NCBI GenBank assembly: GCA_963700635.1
Contig: CAVOYH010000004.1
Location: 192,001 to 256,000 of the forward strand
DNA length: 64,000 bases
Source: an uncultured Bacteroidota bacterium
GTDB taxonomy: Bacteria; Bacteroidota; Ignavibacteria; UBA10030; UBA6906
Direction: 5' to 3'
The position numbers and the translations under genes are program-made. This document shows positions 39,467 through 49,347 of this stretch, piece after piece. Numbering within the stretch: position 1 is the stretch's first letter; each line of letters begins with the position of its first letter. The notes under the pieces are model-generated. The model ran no database searches. It was not told the DNA's origin and worked only from the letters and a program-made list of their open reading frames with translations.

Positions 39467-40538
39467 ATGATACGACAATGGCTTGCATTATGTATGCTGG
39501 TTGTTCTCCTGCAATCACAGACCGTCTCCCAGGGACTTGATTTGGATTCCCTGTACACATCAAAGCCTACGTTGCAGGAACAATCGGCGATACTGGATTC
39601 CTTCCATATCACGCTCAAAGACGGTACCGGGCCGAATGCGCAATGGAGTTTCTACGATCCGTATTTGTTCAGGCCTGACTCGACGGCGCCCTCAGCCTAC
39701 CCCCTGATAAACTCTCTCCGGGTGATTCGGGAACAGCGGTTCTCGCTTCCCATCCCATTTGCAGGAGGGGGCTTACGGTCGTGCCTGCATCTATCAGATG
39801 TGGATCTGGAAGCACGGGTTGAACATCAGCCGGCGGAACCGTACCGCGGCAGGAATCGAGGCGAAAGAATTCCTTGCGAATCGTTTTGTGGAGCAGCCTG
39901 CGACGCATCCCCATGCGGATGTGCAGGCTATCATCGACGAGCTTGCTACGACAACGGTACGGGCAATTGAAGCGGACGCCGGTCCCGACACAACGATTAC
40001 CATTCCGTTGCCGGCCGCGGGTATTCCCGTGACGCTTGACGCAAGCCGGTCTTTCTCGGTGTATGCACCGATCGTGGAATACCGGTGGTGGTGTTCTTCG
40101 CCGTTCATTGCAATTACATCGGCGCGGCCGGATTCAACGATATTTCTTACGCCCGGAGTGTACGTCTGGATGCTTGACGTGAAGAATGCCTGGAATGGGT
40201 ATTCCCGCATCGATACCATGGTGATGAACATAGTTCGTGGCACCACGCACGCCGACGCTGATCGGGAGCTGCCGCAGCGACATCTTCTGCACGGCAATTA
40301 TCCCAACCCGTTTAATCCGGCCACGGAAATTGTTTTTGATCTGGCATCGGCGGAGCAGGTCAGGATAGTCGTACACGATCTTCTTGGGCGGGAGGTGGCG
40401 CTGGTTCTGGATGAGCGCATGGGGCCCGGTCGGCACACGGCGCAGTTCAGGGGGGCTGGGCTTTCCAGCGGGGCGTATGTGTGCCGGATGATGGCCGGTC
40501 AGTACGCGGCCACGCGGAAGATGGTGATTCTCCGGTAG
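39467..40538 (+). CDS. T9SS-CTD secreted protein with PKD-like domain, frameshifted near 39745-39760
   Basis: Signal peptide in ORF 39467; ORF 39759 carries ADAGPD...VTLDASRS (PKD-like) and NYPNPFNP...KMVILR. Confidence 0.7.
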
Positions 40539-40566
40539 ATTGGGCGGCTTGTTCATGGGCGGGATG

Positions 40567-40595
40567 TTGCCTTGGCGGACGTACTTTCGTATATT
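40567..40595 (+). promoter_or_regulatory. Sigma70-type promoter for tRNA-Ser
   Basis: TTGCCT-N17-TATATT. Confidence 0.6.
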
Positions 40596-40609
40596 TGAAC
40601 GACGAAAGT

Positions 40610-40695
<86 letters not shown>

Positions 40696-40703
40696 ATGTA
40701 CTG

Positions 40704-40728
40704 TAAGTGCTGTATTATCAATCACTTA
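40704..40728. repeat. Inverted repeat at island boundary
   Basis: TAAGTG-N13-CACTTA, 8 bp after the tRNA 3' end. Confidence 0.5.
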
Positions 40729-40802
40729 TAACTCACCTTCTGGCCACGTGTCCAAATCGTGCCCATCTTTCGATGATCTCTAGGGAAAGGTAGGGATACC
40801 AC

Positions 40803-41241
40803 ATGGCCACTCCGAGAGTCACACTCCAATCCAGAAACGTCCGTGGCAAGACGGTCTTCCATCTCGACTACCGGATAAACGGAAAGCGGTTCCGTCCAAA
40901 GGTTGGTACGAGCAAACGAGATGCGGAACTGATCCGGGCAAAAGTCGAACGTGACATTCTGCTGGGGACATACCAGGTGTCGGCCTCTAAGAAGGCCATC
41001 GGACTCGGTGGACTGATTGATGAGTTTCTCGATGCCAGGAAACACTCGATCCGAGAGACATCGCTGCATCGCTACAGGAACTACTTCGACCCGCTCCGCC
41101 ATTACTTCGACAAGTCATTTCCTGCTGTCACGTCCGACGTATCGCTGATCGAAACAAAATACCTACGCAAGTTCATAGATGACGCAGTCGACGGGAGAGC
41201 AATGGGGGGCAAGAAATGGTCCCGCCGGACTGGGAATGACG
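40803..41241 (+). pseudogene. Tyrosine integrase N-terminal half (arm-binding and core-binding domains), truncated by IS3 fragment
   Basis: FHLDYRINGKRFR...SKRDAE, IDEFL...RETSLHRYR, ...SRRTGN; next to tRNA; catalytic domain absent. Confidence 0.78.
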
Positions 41242-41566
41242 CGACCATAGGCACTGCCGTCTTGACAATTTCCTTTCGCAGAGCCTCCTCATCGGACTTG
41301 ACCACCGGGTTTCGTCTCTGCGTTGATCTGGGGTGGTCCATGGCACGACAGACACGTCGTTCTGACACCTGGAGTACTGACTGAACCTGAACTGCTGCCC
41401 GGCGCCGTTTGGCCGGGCTCAATATTTTCCCCGGCTGACTTCCTTCAGGATCATGTTATCTAACGTCAGATCGGCCACTGCCTTCTTCAGGCGGCTGTTC
41501 TCGTGTTCAAGCTCAGATAACATTTTTGTCTACAAAATCTTGGACCGAGTTTCGGGGGTCAGGACA
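41242..41566 (-). mobile_element. Inverted, internally deleted partial copy of the IS3 element at 45892-47133
   Basis: Reverse complement matches left-end 52 bp (45892-45943) joined directly to 46146-~46420. Confidence 0.9.
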
Positions 41567-41908
41567 GCACAACATCCAACCCTCACCGCACATGGGTTTG
41601 GCGTGTCGATTGACCCCAACAGACCGTGCGGAGAATTGAAGAAGCAGAATCTACTTGAGCAGGCCCGGCAGGAGCTATTGGACGCTCACCTACCCTTCGA
41701 ATATTGCTGCCAGTGGATCGACGAAAATCCGGAACTTCCGGACAAGCGGACCTCATACCACTGGAAACACCAGGTCGAGAACTGGCTCCGAGCGAACCAC
41801 TACAATCCCGATTACATCGGTGAAGGCGTCTTCACATTGGCCGCGATCTACAAGGGCTATAAAATCCACAGGATTCAAGATAGCACGGGAGCGAGGATCG
41901 AACCATGA
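41567..41908 (+). pseudogene. 5'-truncated mobile-element/phage-type hypothetical protein
   Basis: Open frame from IS end; TSYHWKH...YIGEGVFTLAAIYKGY resembles SYxLKH...YxxNGxxIAAA domains of phage/ICE proteins. Confidence 0.5.
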
Positions 41909-42111
41909 GCGCAAAGTCCAAAAGAATACTCGCACTCCTCACTGATCCGCGATACCGCTCCAAGATTCTCGATAAGCTAAACAAGGACAATGCACCGGAA
42001 GGGAGCCCCATTTCAGGTGGACCGCAGGAGATGACCATCCTCAAGGACATGAACGCGATGGACGAAGCACATGACGCGTTTATGGATTCGCTTAAGGATG
42101 GGGGGAGTTGA
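41905..42111 (+). CDS. Small hypothetical protein
   Basis: ATGA overlap with upstream frame, GAGG RBS, 68 aa. Confidence 0.5.
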   Translation: MSAKSKRILALLTDPRYRSKILDKLNKDNAPEGSPISGGPQEMTILKDMNAMDEAHDAFMDSLKDGGS

Positions 42112-42140
42112 GTCTGCTGTCCACGGTGTCGGGATTCTGC

Positions 42141-42169
42141 TTGACAATGATGCTGCGTTTCGTTAATCT
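42141..42169 (+). promoter_or_regulatory. Orphan sigma70-type promoter
   Basis: TTGACA-N17-TAATCT with no credible ORF downstream. Confidence 0.5.
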
Positions 42170-42220
42170 ATCGCAGATATTCGCGTTGGGGGCAGAGACG
42201 TGAAGGGGATTGCAGAGAGG

Positions 42221-42255
42221 GCCTCTCTTGTCCGATGAAGGATGGGAGAGGCTTT
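42221..42255 (+). terminator. Hairpin, possible intrinsic terminator
   Basis: 13-bp stem GCCTCTCTTGTCC/GGATGGGAGAGGC (3 G:U), loop GATGAA, short TTT tail. Confidence 0.45.
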
Positions 42256-42329
42256 CGTCGTTGTTGGTTTGGGTTCCGATGGAACTGCGGAGGGGGTGTC
42301 CCGGGGAGAATTTCTGCATAAATCCTTCA

Positions 42330-42471
42330 ATCTCTTCAACTACATCGAGGTCTTCTACAACCAGCAACGCCTGCATTCATCTCTCGTGTACAACACCCCG
42401 ATGCAGATGCTGCAGGAAATAATCAGCACAAAGCGGCTTAACTCGCTGTCTACAAAAGCAGGGGAACTTCA
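42330..42471 (+). mobile_element. IS3-family 3' remnant
   Basis: LFNYIEVFYNQQRLHSSLVYNTP (transposase C-terminus) then right end CTGTCTACAAAAGCAGGGGAACTTCA. Confidence 0.8.
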
Positions 42472-42960
42472 GAGTGATGAAGGGGCTTTTGAGGACTTGA
42501 AGAGTGGCGGAAATTCGGATTGACGTTGACTTTTCGAATCCGGAAACCATATTGTATCCAAGCTTACATAGGTCGAATGCGGATGATCCCGCGCCAGACC
42601 TGGAAGCGCACCTGATCTTTGCCTCTATCTGCACTCCCTCTTCGAACGCGGGTTTCGACTTCTGCATGTTGTCGTAAGGTCTTTCAGAACAGTCTCGTAT
42701 TTGCTTATATCATGGCTCACTCAGCCATCGGGCCGTTGGCCTGGACCCTGATCCTGTTTCTCCGCTATAGAGCCCACCACGACGACCGTTTGCCTGCGAG
42801 GCCTCGAACAACACGTATTTGTTTACGGCAAAAGATTTGATTGACTCGGAATAGGTGTCAGTGTGCCGCCGAGTGTTTCTGCAATGTCGTCGTACCCAAC
42901 AGCCCGTTTGTGACACCACAAGCTGTTACCCAAGTTCTATGGATGAACCGGAGGTGGTCA

Positions 42961-45093
42961 ATGAATAGAGCGATGTCCAGATTCAGCAGTCTCCTGCTGG
43001 CATCCTTCCTCTCGTTCGGCGCTGTAAAGAGCCAGGATATTGGCTGGATGGCGGGTGGATTCGGAGATGACGTAAATTGCGTCGACTTTTCACCTGACGG
43101 CACGTACTTGGCCATAAGCGGCTGGGACGGTGTGATCCGATTCTACGACAGAGTCACATTGAATCCATTCCGGGAGTTTCGTAACCCCTCCAGCGCCTAC
43201 ATGTTCGACATTTCTCCCGACGGGAAATATCTCGCCGCCGGAAGGTATACCATCAGCATATGGGATGCGGCCACGGGTACGCTTGTGAGGACTCTCGCGG
43301 GGCACAGCCAAAGAGTTGCGGCGCTCAGCTTTTCACCGGATGGCAAATATCTGGCTACGGCGAGTTACGACAGCACGCTGAAACTGTGGGAGGTTACTTC
43401 TGGCGATTCGCTGGCCGCGCTCGTCGGGCATCGGGGGAGGATTGTTGATTTGGCGTTCTCGTGTGATGGGAACTCCATCGTCACCACGGGTGCGGATAGC
43501 ACCATCCGGGTTTGGAATGTGCCGGGGAGGAATCTCACTCGCACGATTTCGGTAGGCAAATGGGTTATATCAGCGATGTTCTCTCCCGATGGACAGCACA
43601 TCGCAGCCGGGGTAGGAGACAGTACTGTTACACTTTGGAATACTGCAACCGGATCCGTGTGGAAGAAATACGGTCCAAGCTTGAATATTTACAGAGTACG
43701 TTTCTCTCCCGACGGTCAATACCTCTGCCACGGCGGAGGAGCGGATAGCAATATTACCGTCCGGGAGGTCGCAACCGGAAGCGTCGTTAAGGTGTTGAAA
43801 GCAGGTGTCTACGGGTTGGCAAGTCTTGCATATTCCCCGGATGGCAAGTATATCATGCATAGCGGGAGACTTGCGAATCTGTGGAACGTTGTCACGGGGA
43901 GCCTCGAGTCGATTGTGGCGGGACACATCGGGCAGGTAAATTCCGTGGCGTTCTCAACTCTGGGGCAGTACTTCGCATCTGGAGGCGACGACGCACAGAT
44001 CATCGTCAGGTCTGGTGCGTCGGGACAACATGTTCGTTCCTTCCATCTTGGTTCGTTCAAACGCATCTACTCCGTTGTCTTTTCTCCGAATGAGGAACTG
44101 CTTGCGGCTGGAAGTATCTCGTCAGTGTACCTGTGGCGCACGGGAACCTGGGACACTGTCAGGACTATTCCGCGCGGGGTGAACGCCATTGCCTTTGCCC
44201 CTGACGGAAGCCTGCTCGCAACCGCGGAGAGGTACGCTCCGGTTCAATTGTGGGACGTCGCGACAGGCGCATTCGTGCGGGCATTCAGTGGACAGACAGG
44301 AGAGATCCGCTCAGTCAGCTTTTCTCCTGACGGTAAGTACATTGTCGCCGCGGACGTAGGGATTTCCCAGAGTTCCTTGCGGGTCTGGGAAGTGGGTACG
44401 GGCAATAAGGTAAAGGCGTTCGTGTTTGATCCCAGTCAGGAGGGAGTTAGCTCTGCAGTTTTCTTGCCTGACGGGCAAAGGCTTGCAGCTGTTGTTGGCA
44501 GCGGTTCTATCAGAATCTGGAGGACAGTATCGTGGGATACACTATTGACCATCAATGCGAAATCCTCGGTGATGAGCTTTTCCGCGGATGCAAAGTATCT
44601 GGCGACTGGATCTGATTCGGGGTGGGTTCAGATCTGGGATGTGAGGACTGGTGCTCTCCTGAAGATCTGTGACGGATACCGTCAGTACAATTGGTCCCTG
44701 GCGTTTGCACCAGATGGCCGGACTGTTCTCTCAGGGAAAAGCGGAGGGTGTGTAATCCGCTGGAATACAGGGCTTGTGTCGGAAGTCCTGCCCTATCATA
44801 ACGCGTTTCCCGGCCGGCTAGAACTCTCTCAGAACTACCCAAACCCGTTCAACCCCTCAACGACGATCCGCTATGGTCTCCCCGCACGCTCGCACGTAAC
44901 CCTGGATGTATTCAATACATTGGGGCAGCGGGTGGCAGTTCTCGAGAGCGGAGAGCAGGACGCCGGGTACCACGAGGTCAGATTCGACGGAGCGAACCTC
45001 CCGAGCGGCGTGTATTTCTATAGGATGCAGGCGGGATCATACACAGAAACCAAACGTCTCCTATATGCTGCGCTAATCGACAGCTTTCAATGA
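42961..45093 (+). CDS. Secreted WD40-repeat protein (about 14 repeats) with T9SS CTD
   Basis: GGAGGT RBS, signal peptide (VKS|Q), 14 FSPDG-type repeats, QNYPNPFNP domain with atypical tail. Confidence 0.88.
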   Translation: MNRAMSRFSSLLLASFLSFGAVKSQDIGWMAGGFGDDVNCVDFSPDGTYLAISGWDGVIRFYDRVTLNPFREFRNPSSAYMFDISPDGKYLAAGRYTISIWDAATGTLVRTLAGHSQRVAALSFSPDGKYLATASYDSTLKLWEVTSGDSLAALVGHRGRIVDLAFSCDGNSIVTTGADSTIRVWNVPGRNLTRTISVGKWVISAMFSPDGQHIAAGVGDSTVTLWNTATGSVWKKYGPSLNIYRVRFSPDGQYLCHGGGADSNITVREVATGSVVKVLKAGVYGLASLAYSPDGKYIMHSGRLANLWNVVTGSLESIVAGHIGQVNSVAFSTLGQYFASGGDDAQIIVRSGASGQHVRSFHLGSFKRIYSVVFSPNEELLAAGSISSVYLWRTGTWDTVRTIPRGVNAIAFAPDGSLLATAERYAPVQLWDVATGAFVRAFSGQTGEIRSVSFSPDGKYIVAADVGISQSSLRVWEVGTGNKVKAFVFDPSQEGVSSAVFLPDGQRLAAVVGSGSIRIWRTVSWDTLLTINAKSSVMSFSADAKYLATGSDSGWVQIWDVRTGALLKICDGYRQYNWSLAFAPDGRTVLSGKSGGCVIRWNTGLVSEVLPYHNAFPGRLELSQNYPNPFNPSTTIRYGLPARSHVTLDVFNTLGQRVAVLESGEQDAGYHEVRFDGANLPSGVYFYRMQAGSYTETKRLLYAALIDSFQ

Positions 45094-45100
45094 CAACTAC

Positions 45101-45131
45101 CGGCCCGGCTGATCACCGGGTCGCTTTGTTT
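45101..45131 (+). terminator. Intrinsic terminator
   Basis: CGGCCCGG-CTGATCA-CCGGGTCG stem-loop followed by CTTTGTTT, 7 bp after stop. Confidence 0.6.
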
Positions 45132-45310
45132 CATGCCCTCCCGATGCATCCGTCAGAGCATCCAGGAGTATTCTGGGTAGTACCAGGCAGATGAGCACCT
45201 TCTGTGAAAGTTCCATGACGGAACCGTGACAGGAATCCTTTCAGGAGATATGATATTTCCTATGAACACAGGGGGGTCTGAAATCTGAGGACAGCACAGA
45301 AGGTGGCGCT

Positions 45311-45721
45311 ATGAAACTCATTTGTGTTTGTCTGTCTTTTGCCATCCTGCTTACAGGATGCTATTCCTATTCGTCAATTGGCGAGGATGAATCAATTCTC
45401 GATGATATGGATGCGCGATTTCACCTGACGGATGGGAGTCTCGTGGAATCACGTCAGGGCAATCACAGTCGGATAGAAGGAGGTTATCAGGTGTCTGGCA
45501 CTCTCACCAAAGAAGATATGCTACGAGAAACTTGGGTCAATGGGGTTAGCAGAACAGTCCAGCCATTTACGGGTACGATTCAGGATGCCGATATTCAAGA
45601 AATCAGTGTGTACCAGTACCAAGCTGGAGCAACAACGCTTGCTATAGTAATAGCATCACCAGCTGTTATAGTGGCCTGCCTGTTCCTCTTTAATGGGCAA
45701 GGACTCCTACTTTGTCTTTAG
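45311..45721 (+). CDS. Hypothetical lipoprotein with C-terminal hydrophobic segment
   Basis: Lipobox LTGC; AAGGTG RBS. Confidence 0.72.
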   Translation: MKLICVCLSFAILLTGCYSYSSIGEDESILDDMDARFHLTDGSLVESRQGNHSRIEGGYQVSGTLTKEDMLRETWVNGVSRTVQPFTGTIQDADIQEISVYQYQAGATTLAIVIASPAVIVACLFLFNGQGLLLCL

Positions 45722-45732
45722 GAGGGATAACC

Positions 45733-45894
45733 ATGAAACTCCTGTGCATCACGATGTCGTTCACACTCCTATTGACAGGATGCTACTCTCCTACGACCAT
45801 AACAAAGGAGAATACCGACAATTTAGACAACGAAGCAGTCACGTTCTATCCCACCGATGGCACATTTATCGAATCAAAGGCTGGTAACCACTGA
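45733..45894 (+). pseudogene. Paralogous lipoprotein truncated by IS3
   Basis: MKLLCITMSFTLLLTGCYS...TDGTFIESKAGNH aligns with upstream gene; stop codon supplied by IS terminal TGA. Confidence 0.8.
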
Positions 45895-45962
45895 CCTGAC
45901 CCCCGAAACTCGGTCCAAGATTTTGTAGACAAAAATGTTATCTTGGACCAGAAGGAGGGCAT

Positions 45963-46241
45963 ATGGGTAAGCAACGGCACACGGCAGAGCAGATTATTGC
46001 AAAGTTGCGAGAGGCGGAGGTCCTCCAGGGCAAAGGGATGTTGCTGGAGGAGGTCCTGCGGCAGATCGGGATCAGCGACGCGACGTACTACAAGTGGCGG
46101 AAAGAGTACGGAGGTTTGCGGGTCGAGCAAGCGAAGCGGCTCAAGGAGCTTGAACACGAGAACAGCCGCTTGAAGAAGGCGGTGGCCGATCTGACGTTAG
46201 ATAACATGATCCTGAAGGAAGTCAGCCGGGGAAAATATTGA
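45963..46241 (+). CDS. IS3 transposase OrfA
   Basis: HTH (ISDATYYKWRKEYGG), leucine zipper LKELEHENSRLKKAVADLTL; slippery G-GGA-AAA at 46229-46235. Confidence 0.93.
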   Translation: MGKQRHTAEQIIAKLREAEVLQGKGMLLEEVLRQIGISDATYYKWRKEYGGLRVEQAKRLKELEHENSRLKKAVADLTLDNMILKEVSRGKY

Positions 46242-47083
46242 GCCCGGCCAAACGGCGCCGGGCAGCAGTTCAGGTTCAGTCAGTACTCCAGGTGTCAGAA
46301 CGACGTGTCTGTCGTGCCATGGACCACCCCAGATCAACGCAGAGACGAAACCCGGTGGTCAAGTCCGATGAGGAGGCTCTGCGAAAGGAAATTGTCAAGA
46401 CGGCATGTGCCTACGGGCGGTATGGGTATCGGAGGGTAACGGCACTGTTGCGGAACGGTGGGTGGAGGGTAAATCATAAGCGGGTTGAGCGGATATGGCG
46501 TCAGGAAGGGCTGAAAGTGCCCAAGCGGCAGCCCAAACGGAGAAGGTTGTGGTTGAATGATGGTTCCTGTATCCGGCTGCGACCCGAGTATCCAAACCAC
46601 GTCTGGAGCTATGATTTTGTGGCTGAGCGGACCACTGACGGAAGACCACTGCGGATGTTGAACATCATGGATGAATACACGCGGGAATGCCTCAGAATCC
46701 ACATTGGACGGCAGGTCAAGGCGACAGATGTAATCTATGAATTATCTGAACTCTTCATCGAACGTGGAGCGCCGGACTACCTTAGGTCAGACAACGGATC
46801 AGAGTTTACGGCAGATCTGATTCGGGAATGGCTCGGGCGGCTCGGTGTCAAGACGCTGTTCATAGAACCGGGGAGCCCGTGGGAAAACGGCTACATCGCG
46901 TCGTTCAACGGCAAGCTCAGAGATGAACTGCTCAACGGTGAGATCTTTGACACGATCCTGGAGGCAAGGGTAATCACGGAGGACTGGAGACAGCTTTACA
47001 ACACAATCAAGCCGCACAGCTCTCTGGGCTATCGTGCACCAGCCCCGGAGGCATACACCCCGCACCAGGTCGCCAATGCCTGA
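46238..47083 (+). CDS. IS3 transposase OrfB (DDE core)
   Basis: YGYRR, WSYDF, SDNGSEF, PGSPWENG, PHSSLGY; usual catalytic Glu in NGYIESF reads Ala (NGYIASF). Confidence 0.92.
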   Translation: MSPAKRRRAAVQVQSVLQVSERRVCRAMDHPRSTQRRNPVVKSDEEALRKEIVKTACAYGRYGYRRVTALLRNGGWRVNHKRVERIWRQEGLKVPKRQPKRRRLWLNDGSCIRLRPEYPNHVWSYDFVAERTTDGRPLRMLNIMDEYTRECLRIHIGRQVKATDVIYELSELFIERGAPDYLRSDNGSEFTADLIREWLGRLGVKTLFIEPGSPWENGYIASFNGKLRDELLNGEIFDTILEARVITEDWRQLYNTIKPHSSLGYRAPAPEAYTPHQVANA

Positions 47084-47135
47084 GACAGGGAAAAAATGAA
47101 CTCAACATTGGTACACGAACCGGGGGCAGGTCACA

Positions 47136-47729
47136 TTGTTGCCTGAACTGAGCATAGGTTGGGGAACTGCATGGTGGTTTGCGGCTGCGTACGCCCTAAT
47201 CACGCTCTCCATTGTTGCGATCTATGGCAGGGAGTTCTCAAAGAGATGTTTCCGCTTCCCCAGATCCAAATCCATCAAGCATAAGATACCTGTTGCCCTC
47301 GGTGCTGCCTTGTTTGGCAGAGCGCTCATGATGTATTCGATCTTCGTGCCTCTCGAACTGAACACCCCATGGTTCTGGACTGGAGTTTCGATGTTTGGCG
47401 CTGGTGCCCTTCTCACCGCCATTGCCATGATCAATTTTGCCACAACTTCCCAGGATCAACTTGTTACAAAGGGCATGTATCGAATTTCGAGAAATCCCAT
47501 ACAGGTGCTGGCTATCATCATGTGGATAGGCGTCGGAATAGCCACAGAATCATGGATCATGTTGGTGGCATGCCTGCTCCTGGCTGTTGTATCATATCCG
47601 TCAATTCGGGCACAGGAACACTCTTGCATTGAAATCTATGGGGATGCCTATCGAGAATACATGAAGTCCACACCACGCTATTTGCCGTTCGGCAAGAACC
47701 TTCAGAGTCAATATACTGGGAGGTCATGA
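47136..47729 (+). CDS. Isoprenylcysteine carboxylmethyltransferase/PEMT-family membrane protein, native start probably removed by IS
   Basis: LVTKGMYRISRNP, YGDAYREYMKSTPRY motifs; frame begins 2 bp after IS right end. Confidence 0.75.
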   Translation: MLPELSIGWGTAWWFAAAYALITLSIVAIYGREFSKRCFRFPRSKSIKHKIPVALGAALFGRALMMYSIFVPLELNTPWFWTGVSMFGAGALLTAIAMINFATTSQDQLVTKGMYRISRNPIQVLAIIMWIGVGIATESWIMLVACLLLAVVSYPSIRAQEHSCIEIYGDAYREYMKSTPRYLPFGKNLQSQYTGRS

Positions 47730-49115
47730 TGAAGATCACCGTTCTGAATGGAAGTCCCAAGGGCGAGTTGAGCATAACACTACAGTATGCGCACTTCCTT
47801 CAGAACAAGTTCCCTCGGCATGAGCTGAAAGTCTTTCACGTCTCACAACATATCAAGAAGCTTGAAAAAGACGAGAAGGCCTTTCGGGAGATCATGGATG
47901 AAGTCAGATCGTCTGATGGTGTCTTGTGGGCGTTTGGTGTCTTTGTGCTTGCTCCACCCTCTCAGTATATGAGGTTCGTTGAGCTGATTTCCGAAAGAGG
48001 CGTGGAAGATGCCTTCAAGGGCAAGTATGCAGCGGTTCTCACTACCTCGATTCACTACTTTGACCACACCGCTCACAATTACATGAGGGCCGTATGTGAG
48101 GCCCTCAACATGAGATATGCGGATGGACTATCTCTGTATTTGCAGGACCTGACGGACAAGAACAGAAGACAAGATCTCATTGCTTTTGCTGAAAACTTCT
48201 TCGAGGCAATCGAGAAGAGGTTCACCACTGCCCGACTTTTCAAGCCACTCACGTTCACCGATTTTGTCTATGAGCCTTCCCCTCCGGAGAAGAAGACCGC
48301 CACGAAGGGCAAGAACGTTGTCGTGCTTACAGACGCGTACGACAGCAATTCGAACCTGGGAAAGATGATCAACAGATTCAAGCAGTCTTTTGTAGTGGAG
48401 ATCGAGGTAATTGACCTTCACGATATCGATATAAGAGGCGGGTGCCTAGGCTGCATGCGATGTGGATACGATTACAAGTGCGTTCAGAAGGACGGGTTTA
48501 CCGACTTCTACAACAATCGAGTAAGGACGGCCGATATCATTGTGTTTGCTGGCGAAGTCAGGGGTCCCTATCTGTCCTCGAAATGGAAGGAATTCTACGA
48601 TCGCGCCTACTTCTGGAACCATACACCATCACTGGTCGGCAAGCAATTGGGATACTTGATCTCAGGGCCTTTGAGCCAAACAGCGAATCTCATCCAGATT
48701 CTGGAAGCCTCTTCTACCATCTCGGCAGGATGCCAATCACGCAGATGTAGTCACCGACGAGTGTGAGAACTCGGCGGAGACTGACGCCTTGTTACAGAGC
48801 TTTGCGGAGCGTCTGGTCAGTTTCGCTGAAAAAGGATACGTTAGACCGCAGAACTTCCTTGGGGTTGGGGGACATAAGGTTTTTAGAGACGATATCTGGG
48901 GAAGGCTTCGCATGATTTGGCAGGCGGATCATGGATACTTCGAGAAGCACGGTAAGTATGATTTTCCCCAAAAAGAGCTCACGTTGTGGATCGCCAATCC
49001 CATCATGATGACATTGACAAAAATCCCCAGGTTCAGAAAGAAGTTCTATGCAAACCTAACCAAATTCTCCAGTGGAAGATTGAAGAAGATCGCTGAGAGA
49101 AAGGATCGAAGTTAG
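47726..49115 (+). CDS. Tandem flavodoxin-fold NAD(P)H-dependent/iron-sulfur flavoprotein; frameshift near 48720
   Basis: VLNGSPKG, second domain with GCLGCMRC...C; alternate frame RQDANHADVVTDECENSAETDALLQSFAE joins ORF 48789. Confidence 0.75.
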
Positions 49116-49347
49116 GTGCCCAGTACTCGTCCAGGGAGAACGCCACATAGCCTTTTTTGGAGACCGACCTCAGCTCGGAGACTCGTGAGATCGGCTCAAT
49201 TTGGCCGTCAGTTGGTGCGGCAAGTGTAGAGTACTTTGGGTCTCCCTCCACTCGGAAACCCGGTTGTAGACGTCCAGAGGTCCAGCATTCTCCAGTCACG
49301 TCCAAAACCTTTCCCCAAGGGAGCGACAGACAGACCCCCACCGCCCG

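Larger units (their letters stand above)
45892..47133 (+). mobile_element. Complete IS3-family element (IS407-like)
   Basis: Terminal IRs TGACCTGACCCCCG / CGGGGGCAGGTCA (5'-TG...CA-3'), orfA/orfB in -1 arrangement; no target duplication visible. Confidence 0.95.

Noticed and set aside
42645-42666. T-arm-like GCGGGTTTCGACTTCTGC as tRNA/tmRNA fragment or attR
   Set aside because: Loop too long, no acceptor 3' strand or CCA, and no match to the tRNA-Ser 3' end
48764-48766. TGA read-through as selenocysteine in the flavoprotein
   Set aside because: The continuation is in another frame, so a frameshift upstream explains the split
49054-49117. attC-like site ACCTAAC...GTTAGGT with TCTCCAG/CTGAGA inner pairing
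   Set aside because: L'-R' spacer is 12 nt (too long), it lies within coding sequence, and no other attC or integron integrase was seen
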